From: Tubulanus polymorphus
Taxonomy: Eukaryota; Animalia; Nemertea
DNA: 64,000 nucleotides
Reading direction: 5' to 3'
Assembly: GCF_964204645.1 (NCBI RefSeq)
Contig: NC_134033.1
Location: 15,694,655-15,758,654 of the forward strand
Notes under the pieces: generated by a model
The model's input: only the letters and a program-made list of their open reading frames with translations
The model's database searches: none
What the model was told of the DNA's origin: nothing
In this document: positions 1 through 11,452 of the stretch, in pieces
Layout: each line of letters begins with the position of its first letter
How positions within the stretch are numbered: position 1 is the first letter of the stretch
Program-made: the position numbers and the translations under genes

Positions 1-405
1 CACATAATTTTTTTTTTAAACTTCGATTGTGCATTATGGTTCACATATGGCACAATTTTCAATTCAGCGCTACCTGGTGGATCCTCGCTTGCCACGAGCA
101 GAATCCCGATCCCATTACGACATCTAGAGCGGGATAGCTCGTACAGCATGGGTTCTCTAGTCTACGCTTCTATGATTGGCTATCGTTCTGTGCTCGGTTA
201 AACGATACCAGGTCGCCAATGAATTCAAACACGAGTAATGGTTAATGTATTTATATGAAAAGTATTTGGTAATGTATACGCATTCACCATTAGTATAACA
301 ACTGCCTTTGTCAGCTTGGATTTTTTAAATTTTCATCCTATTTGAATTAGTTTATATTCTTATAGGTTATATCCAGACAGTTGACGCCTTTCATCGAGTT
401 CAGTA

Positions 406-3400
406 ATGGCGACTGACGGGTCCTCGGTTGGTGAAGGTACTGTAATTTATATCTCCGAAGCGGACAACGTTTTGAAAGCCGTATCGATTTACGGGAAACG
501 ATGGTTGTACACGACTTACGCGATGTTGTCGGTTTCGACTTGCTCACTGACAGCTTGGCACATGTTCGCAATCGCTTTTATAGGTAAATTCATCCACCAT
601 GGCCGCGCTATATATAAAGATTAGATTGAGGATAAAAATGAAGTTGAATGTATAATCTAGAGAAAATAGATTTTATTTGCGAATATTTCTTTCTCGAATT
701 TTAAAATTCACAAATGAATTTCAACGTATCGTCGCAACAGGTGGACTTCCCGATGACTATCACTGTCGAGTGGGCGCCAATCAATCGATACCTCAGATTT
801 ATAAAGATGGTAAATGGACGAATGATAAATGTCGTATGTACAAGAATGAATCTAGTGGTGATAATCAGACGATACCGTGTAATAATGGATGGGTTTATTA
901 TACCGATTATCAAAGCACCATCGTTACCGAGGTAGGGACATTATCAGTGATCAATAATCTCTCTTGCGTTTGAAATAAACAAATTTACACTTTTCTGCTT
1001 CGGCGAGTGTGGTCACTATACCGCCATCCTCGCTTGCCAGTGTTTGATTGCCTCCAAAACCTGGCAAGCGAGGATGCTATAGGCCAACGCCAACAAACTT
1101 AGCTGCAAAACTTAATTAATTCAAAATCCGCAGAGAAACGATGAAATTATAGCTCCAATTTTTCAGAAGTTTCTGACTTTCTGCTTGCAGTGGGATCTGG
1201 TCTGCGACAGGGACTATTTACCTCAAATGGCGCAGACTATTTTTTTCGTCGGTACTTTGATCGGAGCCGGAAGTCTGTCACCGTTAGCTGATTGGTTGGG
1301 GCGTAAAACGGTCCACATCGGTTCACTGATTGGAATCGCAGTTTTTGGAATTGTAGTGATATTTTCACCTAATTACACGATGTTTGCCGTGATGAGATTT
1401 CTATCTGGAATTTGTCAACAGGTTTGAATTTCATAAATTTCAGGATCCAGTTTAACCCAGTTTTCGGTTAAGAGTTCACTCGACTATAAATTGTGGAGCT
1501 GTGTGCTGGTATAATTTCTCCGTGTTTAACTATAGGTCATCTAAGTTCCTTCTGATAAATGATTCTTTCCTCTATTTGATTATGATTATATCTATTCCAG
1601 GGTATCGCGCTGTCTGGAGGTGTTATGGTTTTTGAATTGTTCCATAAAACGAATAGATACCTATTCTGTCTTGCTTTAACGTTCGCCTGGTCATTTATGG
1701 TCGTGTTGCTGGCAGCGTTCGCCTTCTTAGTTCGAGATTGGAAGCATTTACAACTCCTGATCTCGATTCCGGGATTATTAGCAATTTTCGGTATTTGTTG
1801 TCTTACCGAATCGATACCCTGGCTGATCGGCCGAGGTCGAATCGCCGAGACCGAACAGATTCTACGGAAAGTAACGAACGGTGCCGAGATCAAACTGTCG
1901 GTTCCGGGTGACGGATTTCCGGAAGAAGTGACATCGAATATAAGAAGAAAAAAGAGTTTGAAAACTGACATAACGAAATGGATGAAAACTTTGGGACGAA
2001 AACGTTGCAAACCAAAACGAAATTCTCACACAGTACGTAATTCACACTTACGTGTCCCGTGTTGGTCACAAATTGAAGAAGTCTCAGAACTAAAATTTTG
2101 AACATTTCATCGAATCCGGTGTACACTAATACACTAGCAGAATCCCTGTTGACATAAAATATTTGAAATAGATTAAATGGTTTGAAGTCTATTGCTATAG
2201 ATTACTTTAGTCAAGTTAAGTTGTACATTAAGTAGGATGATATCTATTTGCAGCGTGCGCCCCCTACTGGCAGTGTGGAGGAAAAGCGCGAAACTTTGTT
2301 GGACGTGATGAAACATCCTCGTTTACGTTGGTATTCAATAATCATATGTCTAATGTGGTAAGCAACTAGAAATCTAACCGCTGTTAAACTGTGCTGTGAC
2401 CGAAGAAATGGCCTTACAGCTCAATGGGATGAGGCACGAAGTCGTTGTAATCGGGTTCGAATCCTGCTGGCTGCTTACAGCGCGCGCTTCAACCTCAGAA
2501 GGTGTTGGTCCCGTCGTTAATCTTAGTAAACAACCCAATAGGATTTATCTTGGAAAACCAAGATTTGAACGTAATTTAAATTGTTATATATTAGAGTGTA
2601 TCTTGAACAGGTTGAATTCATCGATTGCTTATTACGGAATTACTTTGAGCGCCACGTCTCTAGTCGGAAACAGATATCTGAATTTCGGTTTGGTCGCGCT
2701 CGCCGAAGCTCCGACTTTCATTTACACAAGTACCATGTCGACAAAGTAGGCAGTGATGATTCTGTAAAAAGTACATTTCATTCTGGATCAAAATACAAAC
2801 AAGTCATAGATTTGTTGATCGCCATTATTTATAGGGCTGGTCGTCGTATTGCATCATCTATTGCCCAGGTTGCTGGAGGAATTGCGCTCATCATTGTGGC
2901 TTTCATACCAAAAACACTTAGTAAGTTTATATTCAACTCGTAAAGTTAATCTGAATATGAGATGTAGAATAGCCGCGTTAACCTGCTGCTGGTATAGCTG
3001 TATTACTTCATAGTTTAACTTGATAAGGGTTTCTGCTGTTTCACAGAAAACCTTATTGATTTCCTCCGGATTATTATCATCATTATTATTATATTCATTT
3101 CTATTATTACTGTTAATATTGTTATGATTATATTATTATTAATCCCTAAAAGTCACTGAAATACCCAAGGCTCCTTAACTACTTGGCGGATATCTACCAA
3201 TTTGATTTAAGATTTTGCTTAACCCCAATACCAACAAATACGAAGAGTCTTGATTTTGATTGACCCCATCGATTCATCTCCAAAAAACTTACAATATACG
3301 CTGAAATCAAGTGAACCTTCACTGTACTATCCGTCATCACGTTTGCTGCTCCGAAAACGTTTGATCCTGATCAATCCCTGATCAATCATAAATCTTGTAT

Positions 3401-4140
3401 AGATCATCGTGACGTCCTGATAACGATCTTATGTGAAATCTTGACGAATGTTTTATGCAATTTATCGAATATTTCTTTACGTAACCATCAAGTAATTCAT
3501 TTCCTTTTTCATTACAGCGGATGGAACGAGTTTTGCGCCATTAATTCTCACTTTTACGATGGTCGGGATGTATTTCATATCGTGCTCATTTACTTTGGCA
3601 TATCTTTACGGCAAGGAAATCTATCCGACAAGTACCAGGTAAAAACGATGCCAACTTCATCGACCGTTCATAAAATTCATGAACGCGGAAAGGTTTCTTA
3701 TTTGGTGATTTCGTTAAAATTCCCTTTTTTCAGAAATAGTGGTATAGGTTTGTCTTCCGTTTGTGCTAGAATTGGAGGAATGTTGGCGCCGTTTGCAGGA
3801 TATATGGTATGTAATATTTGGGGAAAAAACAAGGCCACTTGTCACTGGTAAATTGAGTTTGATTCTTTTATAAGGGTTCTTATTGCTGTTGTAGATGGCA
3901 AAGATTTACTGGTTTCCGGGAGTATTTCTAGGCTCTGTATCTGTAATCATCGGTCTACTGGTATTACACCTTCCTGAACCGCTTGGACGTCCAATACCGC
4001 ATAAAATCGCCGACCTGGATTCCTGGACGCGTCAACGATATCGATCGCCAACAGACGACAACATGGCCGACGAGCAACTTCCGGCGTTACTGGAAGAACA
4101 TGAACTTGAGGAAGATGGTCGAAATAACTTCGTTGTTTAG
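406..4140 (+). CDS. SLC22 family (organic cation transporter-like, MFS) copy 1; 10 exons: 406-583, 741-931, 1191-1421, 1601-2032, 2254-2357, 2611-2745, 2835-2920, 3518-3638, 3734-3806, 3895-4140
   Basis: GT-AG joins keep the frame. Hallmark SLC22 motifs are present: C..GWVY..YQSTIVTEWDLVCDR, LADWLGRK, ESIPWL, EIYPTSTRNSGIG, LPEPLGRP. Confidence 0.93.
1025..1076. repeat. Short hairpin (16-bp perfect inverted repeat CATCCTCGCTTGCCAG); related arms at ~71-95 and ~25210-25233
   Basis: Seen directly. Confidence 0.6.
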
Positions 4141-4487
4141 TCTTGGGTTTTATTCTTTACTCTCAAACCGATTTTTCAATTCACAACTATTAATTCAATT
4201 TATCTTTTATCAAATTTATGACTCAATAATATACATAATTATACCGATAAAATATCTGGTTATTTGATATATATCTTTCGTTGATTGACGGTGAATATCA
4301 GCACTTGCAGAACAAAACCCACTTATCAATTGACACATCAGGTCCACGCTCGTTTTTCATAATCAGTTCGACCTTATTACGTATTATTTATGATCAGTCG
4401 TAACTGTTTTCGTATATCAGGCGCCTGACAGATTTGTAAACGCTCTGGTTAGATATCTTACTATACGGTAAAAGATAACGCCCGGTA

Positions 4488-7400
4488 ATGGCGACTCGAC
4501 TTTCTCAGTCTTCCGTCAGCAGTAACGCGGTTTATATCACCGAAGTAGACACGATTCTGAGAGCCATATCGAACAACGGTAAACGATGGTTGTACACGAC
4601 TTATTTCGCGTTATGCGCGGCTTACTGCTTTCCGTGCGCCTGGCACATGTTCGCGATCACTTTCGTCGGTAAGTGTCGACGTCTTTGAGAAGGTAAACGA
4701 TTTATCTATTAAACGACGATTAAAAGAAAACTTACTAAAACCAATTCGAAAATCTAATCAAAATTTGAATACAGACCTCATAAGGAGCTGTGAGAGCCGT
4801 GTTAACTTGAATGAACTGCGTGTTAACCTTCAGAAGTTTGATCGATTTGTTTAAAACCACACGAACTGTCATTGCATAGCTTCACCAGTAGTTTTTCCGT
4901 TTAGTATTGTGGGTCGGTCCACTTTCCGTTTGGACACGGCTGAAGTGGTCCATCGAGACTATAATCGACTTGAAATAAGGATTTTCCCTCTTAATACTTC
5001 ATTGATAGATTTCCTTTTAATTTGCCTTGATTTGGTGTCCCTTACGAACCCACCGTTACACCTGCCGCGATCGAAACAGTGCAGGTTTCATTTTCAAATC
5101 GGGAATCGAAGTACAGACATAGTTGTGTGGATCGGCAGTCGAATTTACTGAATTATTTCTATCGAATTACATAATTGGAAATTTCGGTTCCGGTTCATTC
5201 AAACTATCATACAAGCAGCCTGAGCCGACAAGCGCCTGATCAGTCCATTATTTCTTTTCACGATGTTTACTCGAAAGTCATCAAACATTTTCTAGATCAT
5301 TGTCGTAAAAATAGTTGTCATTTTTCAAGTCTACTGGAATATTGCCATCAGTTTGCATTTTATTTATAAGCTTACGTATATACAACCATGAACTCTACTC
5401 GAGTCCAAAAAAAAAAACAACTTGAAATACAGTATCGTCACAATCGACGGTTTCCCTCTGTTGAGTGATAAGAATCTAAATATGTTATGATTTTTTTATC
5501 TAATTTTTTTTCAAATCAGGTGGACTGCCCGATGACTATCACTGTCGAGTGGGCGCCAATCAATCGATACCTCAGATTTATAAAGACGGTAAATGGACGA
5601 ATGATAAATGTCGTATGTACAAGAATGAATCTAGTGGTGATAATCAGACGATACCGTGTAATAATGGATGGGTTTATTATACCGATTACCAAAGCACCAT
5701 CGTAACTGAGGTAATTAACATGATCATCGTATCTTAACTTAATTGAAGTCCCCGATACAGTCTCTGGTGATAAAAGGACCCAAGACCCTATGACTTTTTT
5801 AATACTTAATTCAGGAGACCAATAGTTAAAACATTTGAAAGGTCGAGAATGATATCTTGATTTTGAATTTGTGAAAACTTTATAGCATTGATTTCATCGT
5901 GTCTGTGATTTTGAAGAGTTTCCACTGATTGTGGTGAGTCTTGCGACCGTTGGATAAAAATCTGCTAATCCCACAAATTTTATAATGGCTAGTCCTAAAC
6001 CAGTAATAAGCAATTAGCAATTAGCAAATTAGTATGACAAAGGGACTGGATGAGCTGATAAGACCAGTGTAAAAGGTCTCCTCCATTGATATGGCCGAAG
6101 AAACATCATTTTTCACAATTCTTTTTATAACTGTATCTAGAATTTGTTTCTTTTTTTCTGATTGCAGTGGGATCTGGTGTGTGACAGGGACTATCTACCT
6201 CAAATGGCGCAGACTATTTTTGTCGTCGGTACTTTGATCGGAGCCGGGAGTCTGTCGCCGTTAGCCGATTGGTTGGGACGCAAAAAGGTCCACATCGGTT
6301 CACAGATGGCGATGGCGATTGTGGGAATAATAACAATATCTTCTACTAATTACGTCATGTTTGCCGTAATGCGAGTCATAACAGGTGCACTTCAACAGGT
6401 ACGATCGTCCGAACTGGTGCGTGCAGCTTCTGCTGCAAGAAAACCTTTCTGATCAGTTTTAAAATCTGCAATTGCAAATAAATCCCTGTCATTTCTTTGT
6501 TACGTATATATAGGACAAGTTGTATAACCACTGGCCAAGTGGACTGGTTGTAGAAAGCAAGCGTGCTAGCTAACCAGTAGACCAATAGAAGCATAGTCCA
6601 CTTGTCCACAGTGGTTATAGAGCTTATCCTATATTCCCAACATCTTCGTTAGTTTTTCAATCTACCTCTAGTATTTCTTCTTATTTCCAGGGAGTGGTAC
6701 TATCCACTACTGTCCTGTTATTCGAGTTGTTCCCGGCGGAAAAAAGGGCTCATGCTAACTTGAGTACTTGGTTACTTTGGTCGCTCGGTATCATCTCTCT
6801 GGCCACGTTCGGTTACTTCGTACGGAATTGGAAATATCTCCAGTTGCTGATTTCCGTTCCGGCGTTTCTAGACCTAATCGGTATCTGGTTCTTCCCGGAG
6901 TCCATACCGTGGTTGATCGCGCACGGAGAAATCGACGAAGCTCAAAAGACAATCGACAAAGCCGTCGAAAAAGCGAGAGTTAAAATTCCGATTCCCGGTT
7001 CGCTTCTAGATTTGGACGTCCTAGAGAAACCCGGTTTGAGAAAGTCGTCAGATACAGTGCGACACAGTTCAACAGATGATCCGCCGGTATTTAACATTAA
7101 GAAATTTCTTGCTACACACGTCATCACACAAATCATCTTAATAATAGAAATCTGGTTCCACATTTAAAATTACCGGATCCAGATTCAAATAAGACGCTAA
7201 CAACTGTAGGACTGGGTACAAAGTCAAATTAAGTCCACACAACCGTGGAACTGGGTTCACAGTCGAAGTAAACCTTCACAGAACTGAATCCAGAGTCAAA
7301 TTAAAACCACTAAACTCTGGGACTGGGTCTAGAATAAAATACTGAAGAATTTGTTAAAATTTCAGGCACAACCGACTGAAGAAAAGCGCGAAACTTTGTG

Positions 7401-8567
7401 GGACGTGATGAAACATCCTCGTTTACGTTGGTATTCGTTGATCATGTGTCTAATGTGGTAAGTTCTTAAAACTATTCCCCCTAAAGACTTAATCTAATCG
7501 ACTGAAAAACTGGCACTAGAATTATTCCGTCCATCTTTAAAGGTTCAACTCTTCGATGGCTTATTACGGAATTTCACTGAGCGCCACGTCTTTGGTCGGC
7601 AACAGATATTTGAATTTCGGTCTGGTCGGAGTGATGGAAATTCCAAGTTACATATTCACCGTTACAACAGCACCGAGGTGAAATAATCAATCAACAAAAA
7701 AACCTAGTCCTTTTCATTTCTTGTTTTTTTTTCATTCCGCGAAAACGCAATTTTTTCTTGTGTAGAATTGGTCGTCGTATTCCGTCATGTATTTCGCAAG
7801 TAGGTGGTGGAATCGCACTTATTATTGTGCCCTTCATACCAAAAACACTCGGTAAAAGTTTTAGTCACCTTTCTATTCCGCTCATAAAGCAATGAATCCT
7901 TTGAGTTTTCCTTTATCTTTTGTTCTCTGTATCTCCTTTACGCGTAGCTGATGGGACGAGTTTGGCTCCTCTGATTGTTACTGTTACTATGGTCGGCATG
8001 TTTTTCGAGGCATCGGCATTTGCACTGGCATTTCTTTACGGACAAGAGATTTATCCGACCAGCACCAGGTTAACAATTAGTTTCATTGCTAGATGAAGGT
8101 AGCACCAACGAGTTCTTTGTTAAAGAGAATACCTTTATGTGAACATTGTACGTTTCATTTTTCCAGAAATAGTGGTATGGGTTTATCCTCCGTGTGGGCC
8201 AGAATTGGAGGAATGTTGGCGCCGTTTGCGGGATATATGGTATGTAATATTTGAAAAAAAGCATTCGTCACTGGTGTAAAATGTGCCAATTTGTTGATTA
8301 AGTATTTAATTTCTGTTGTAGGTGACTAAGATCTACTGGTTTCCGGGAGTATTTCTAGGCTCTATATCTATAATCATCGGTCTACTGGTATTATACCTTC
8401 CTGAACCGCTTGGACGTCCAATACCGCAGAAAATCGCCGACATGGATTCCTGGACGCGTCAACGATATCGACCGCCAACAGACGACAACATGGCCGACGA
8501 GCAACTTCCGGCGTTACCGGAAGTACAAGAACACGAAGCAGATGGTCGAACTAACTTCGTTATTTAG
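4488..8567 (+). CDS. SLC22-like transporter copy 2 (10 exons; exon 2 5520-5710, exon 4 6691-7086, last exon 8322-8567)
   Basis: Same exon structure and motifs as copy 1 (WDLVCDR, ELFPAEKR, PESIPWL). Confidence 0.92.
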
Positions 8568-9024
8568 TCTAGGCTCCAGTGTCATGTATCGTAGCTCGCA
8601 GCTACCATATCTTACCATCAGCTACCAGTCTGCGTCGTATAGCTGCCAACTACCAACCAGCTGCCAATTCCTCGTTACCCTTTGAGCAATCATTTGACGA
8701 CCATTCCAGTAAAATTGATTGGTCAACAATTTAGAAATAGAAGACGCGACGTTTCGGACACTCATTAAGAAATCATCGTCAGCATCAAAAGAATTTAGTA
8801 TGAAAAGCATATTTAAAAAAAGGAAAAATTGATTCGTTGTTTTGAAAATTATTCAACTAAAAATGAAAAATTCAAAGATTTGTGAAAAAAAGAATTTCAA
8901 TTGTCTGAAGTTTTATACTTTATGCAGTTGAAAAAATTCAACGCTGTGATTTACTTTTACCAATCGTCAACCGGTAAAATACGGATTAACGTTGTATGAA
9001 GGGAATCAATTTTGAAATCGACAG

Positions 9025-9972
9025 TTATTCGACAGAATTTCTACAGCGGATTTTCATACAGAAATATTCACGTATTTCTCGCCCCAGTAAAAGGTATATG
9101 TAGAAATTCACCACGAAATTACAAACCAGGAATTGTGTGAAAATCTCGAGTAGAAATTCTCTCTGTTCCGGTGAGATTGGTAAAAATACAATAATAGTCG
9201 TTGGAAGTGTGAATAGCGCAAATGCGAATGAAACTGTTACGAGCATTATTGTTATACGTTTTGATTTTGTAATTTTCTGATCGGACGAAACCATTTTAGA
9301 ACTTCTGAATAACTGAACTATTATAACAGAATTTGATGTTATGATCAAAGTTAACGGTATGATGTTAAAGTGGATGACAGATATGTAGAAAACTGTTATT
9401 TGGTCGACCAACCGGGCGAAACACCCGGAAATCTGGTCAGTAAAATGCAGCGACAAAGCAGGGCTGAGGTATAGAACTAGTAAATTTACTGCAGTGATTA
9501 TCAATATTGCAAATCTAGCGAATCTCGGTGTACATATCAAACGAGATGAGAACGGGAAAAGTACAATTGCAGCACGTTCTAAAGTTATGGCTACTATAAA
9601 CCACGCACTATTGTTGCTCACAAGTATCATTACAGATTCATAGATTTGACAACTAATCAGCGATTTCATGATGAATATAGGACCGTCTTTAACGTGGAAA
9701 AGAACAAACTGTAAAACAGGTATCAGCGTATAATTGACGCAATAAATAGAGTCACTAAGGGACAAAGCGATCAGATAGTTAGCGTAAGATAAACCGCGGA
9801 ATCTGCGACTTATCATTATCAGGAAAGTAGCCGAATTTCCAAACGTTCCTAACAGGAACACGATATGCAGAATGACCAATGCCACTGTACGGCGGATTCC
9901 AGACTTGTTCACCACCGACATGATGACGATATAACTGTAAGGTCGACTGATTTGCGTCTGAGTTGAATTCAT
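9025..9972 (-). CDS. Intronless rhodopsin-class (class A) GPCR, peptide-receptor-like orphan, 315 aa
   Basis: Seven hydrophobic segments with GN in TM1, LSLSD in TM2, ITLER (DRY-equivalent), FTLP in TM6 and NFVVNFYIY in TM7. Confidence 0.88.
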   Translation of the reverse strand: MNSTQTQISRPYSYIVIMSVVNKSGIRRTVALVILHIVFLLGTFGNSATFLIMISRRFRGLSYANYLIALSLSDSIYCVNYTLIPVLQFVLFHVKDGPIFIMKSLISCQIYESVMILVSNNSAWFIVAITLERAAIVLFPFSSRLICTPRFARFAILIITAVNLLVLYLSPALSLHFTDQISGCFARLVDQITVFYISVIHFNIIPLTLIITSNSVIIVQLFRSSKMVSSDQKITKSKRITIMLVTVSFAFALFTLPTTIIVFLPISPEQREFLLEIFTQFLVCNFVVNFYIYLLLGREIREYFCMKIRCRNSVE

Positions 9973-10384
9973 GATTCATAACAATCAACTGTTGAAGAGA
10001 CTGACTGTATGAATAGACTGACACGAAATAAAGCCATGTCTAATTTATTGGAACGTTTGCAACAAAGAGAAAATGCGTAGAAATCTAACACAATTTACTC
10101 ATATTTTGTTGAAGTTTGTTACTGTGTAAAATTTGTATGTAACTAAATTAAATATCAACATTCGTTGTACAAGAATTCATTGTAAATGATGAAATCGTAG
10201 TGAAATATCTGAACTGGTTGGAAATTGTAAGCGCACGTTCTGAGTGAGGTCAGAACTATATCACAATTCCTATCTATACGTGGGACGCAATCACACCCGA
10301 ACCACCGTGCCGGAGGTCCCGAGTTCGAACCCAGTAAATACGTACACGAATTTCTCGTCCTAGTCAGTGAAAGATATAGTCGAA

Positions 10385-11241
10385 AGTAACCACAGTTTCA
10401 AAACATGGAATTGATCGATTAAGATATTATATAGAAATTCTCTTTGTTCCGGAAAGATTTGTAAAAATGTAGAGATAGTTGATGGAAGATTAAACATAGT
10501 ATAATACATGTATATGCGAGTGTAACTGTTACAGGCGTTTTGATTTTGTAGTGTTCTGATAAACCCATTTTCGAACCTCCGAATAACCGAATTATTATAA
10601 CAGCATTGGATACTGTGATCAAAGATGATGGTATAAATGTAAGGTATACCTGTCGACTATGGTTTAAAGTATCATTTGGTCAGGTGGTTCATGGTAACAT
10701 CCGAAATATTGGTCGGTAAAAAGTACCGAAATACTAGGTGTAGGATATGGAAAAAGTGGATTTACTGAAATATAGAATATAGAATATTTTAGTGCTCACA
10801 AAAGTACTTTTGCTTAGAGCAAAAAGACAATACAAAATGAATGTCAATACAATACAATATCAATACAATATCAGGACAATATCAGAAGCAATGTATTATG
10901 TTGTATTTTGGATAGGTGATAGGTGATAGCCAAGGCTAATATGTATCCAAAATTACACTACACAGTTAATGTGCGACAAAAATAATACAGCAATGTTATT
11001 CAAAATGTATGAGGCCTCTTCGTATAAATAAGGCAAGCTTTCGGAGTTTTACATCTGATGATCTGAATAGGTCTACAAATTTATGTAATTGTGGGTTATC
11101 CACAAAGTACGAGCTAAAAAGGTCTCGACGGAAATTGGCAAAAAACGGACACAAAGAGAAATGTATGTAAAAAACTGCAGTAACTAAGCTATAGCAAATC
11201 TCGGTGTACATGACAAAACGAAATGCGAACGGGAAAAGCAC
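10385..11241 (-). pseudogene. Degenerate paralog (TM4-TM7 region) of the 9025-9972 GPCR, interrupted by a LINE fragment
   Basis: VLFPFAFRF and ITVSNAVIIIRLFGGSKM align to VLFPFSSRL and IITSNSVIIVQLFRSSKM of the intact gene. The copy has frameshifts and lacks the 5' half. Confidence 0.75.
10768..11165 (-). mobile_element. 5'-truncated non-LTR retrotransposon 3' end (CR1/L2-like ORF2 C-terminus plus short-repeat tail)
   Basis: HFSLCPFFANFRRDLFSSYFVDNPQLHKFVDLFRS..KLRKLALFI resembles the C-terminal motif of CR1/L2-group ORF2. It is followed by (TATTG)n and (TTCTATA)n tail-like repeats. Confidence 0.6.
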
Positions 11242-11452
11242 GTTTGATAATCAAACTAATAGTCTACTTGGCCGTTGCGTTTTCTTCAATCGCTGATTGA
11301 TAGTAGATTTCAGCAAGCGGCCACTTATGGGTTGACATGTCAGGTTCACGCACGTTTTTCGTAATCAGTTCGACCTTATTATCTCATGATCACAGTCGTC
11401 GTCTTGTATATCGATCGTGTCGGTGATCCGGCGAGGGTTAGAGATCGCGATA

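Noticed and set aside
701-935. Recurrent ORFs 'MIIGIINPS..' and 'PMTITVEWAP..' seen several times
   Set aside because: These are antisense or shifted frames of the near-identical SLC22 exon 2.
2430-2480. tRNA genes at GGTTCGA motifs (2452, 10320, 19310, 23818)
   Set aside because: Only isolated B-box/T-loop motifs are present and I could not fold a cloverleaf; they are likely SINE remnants.
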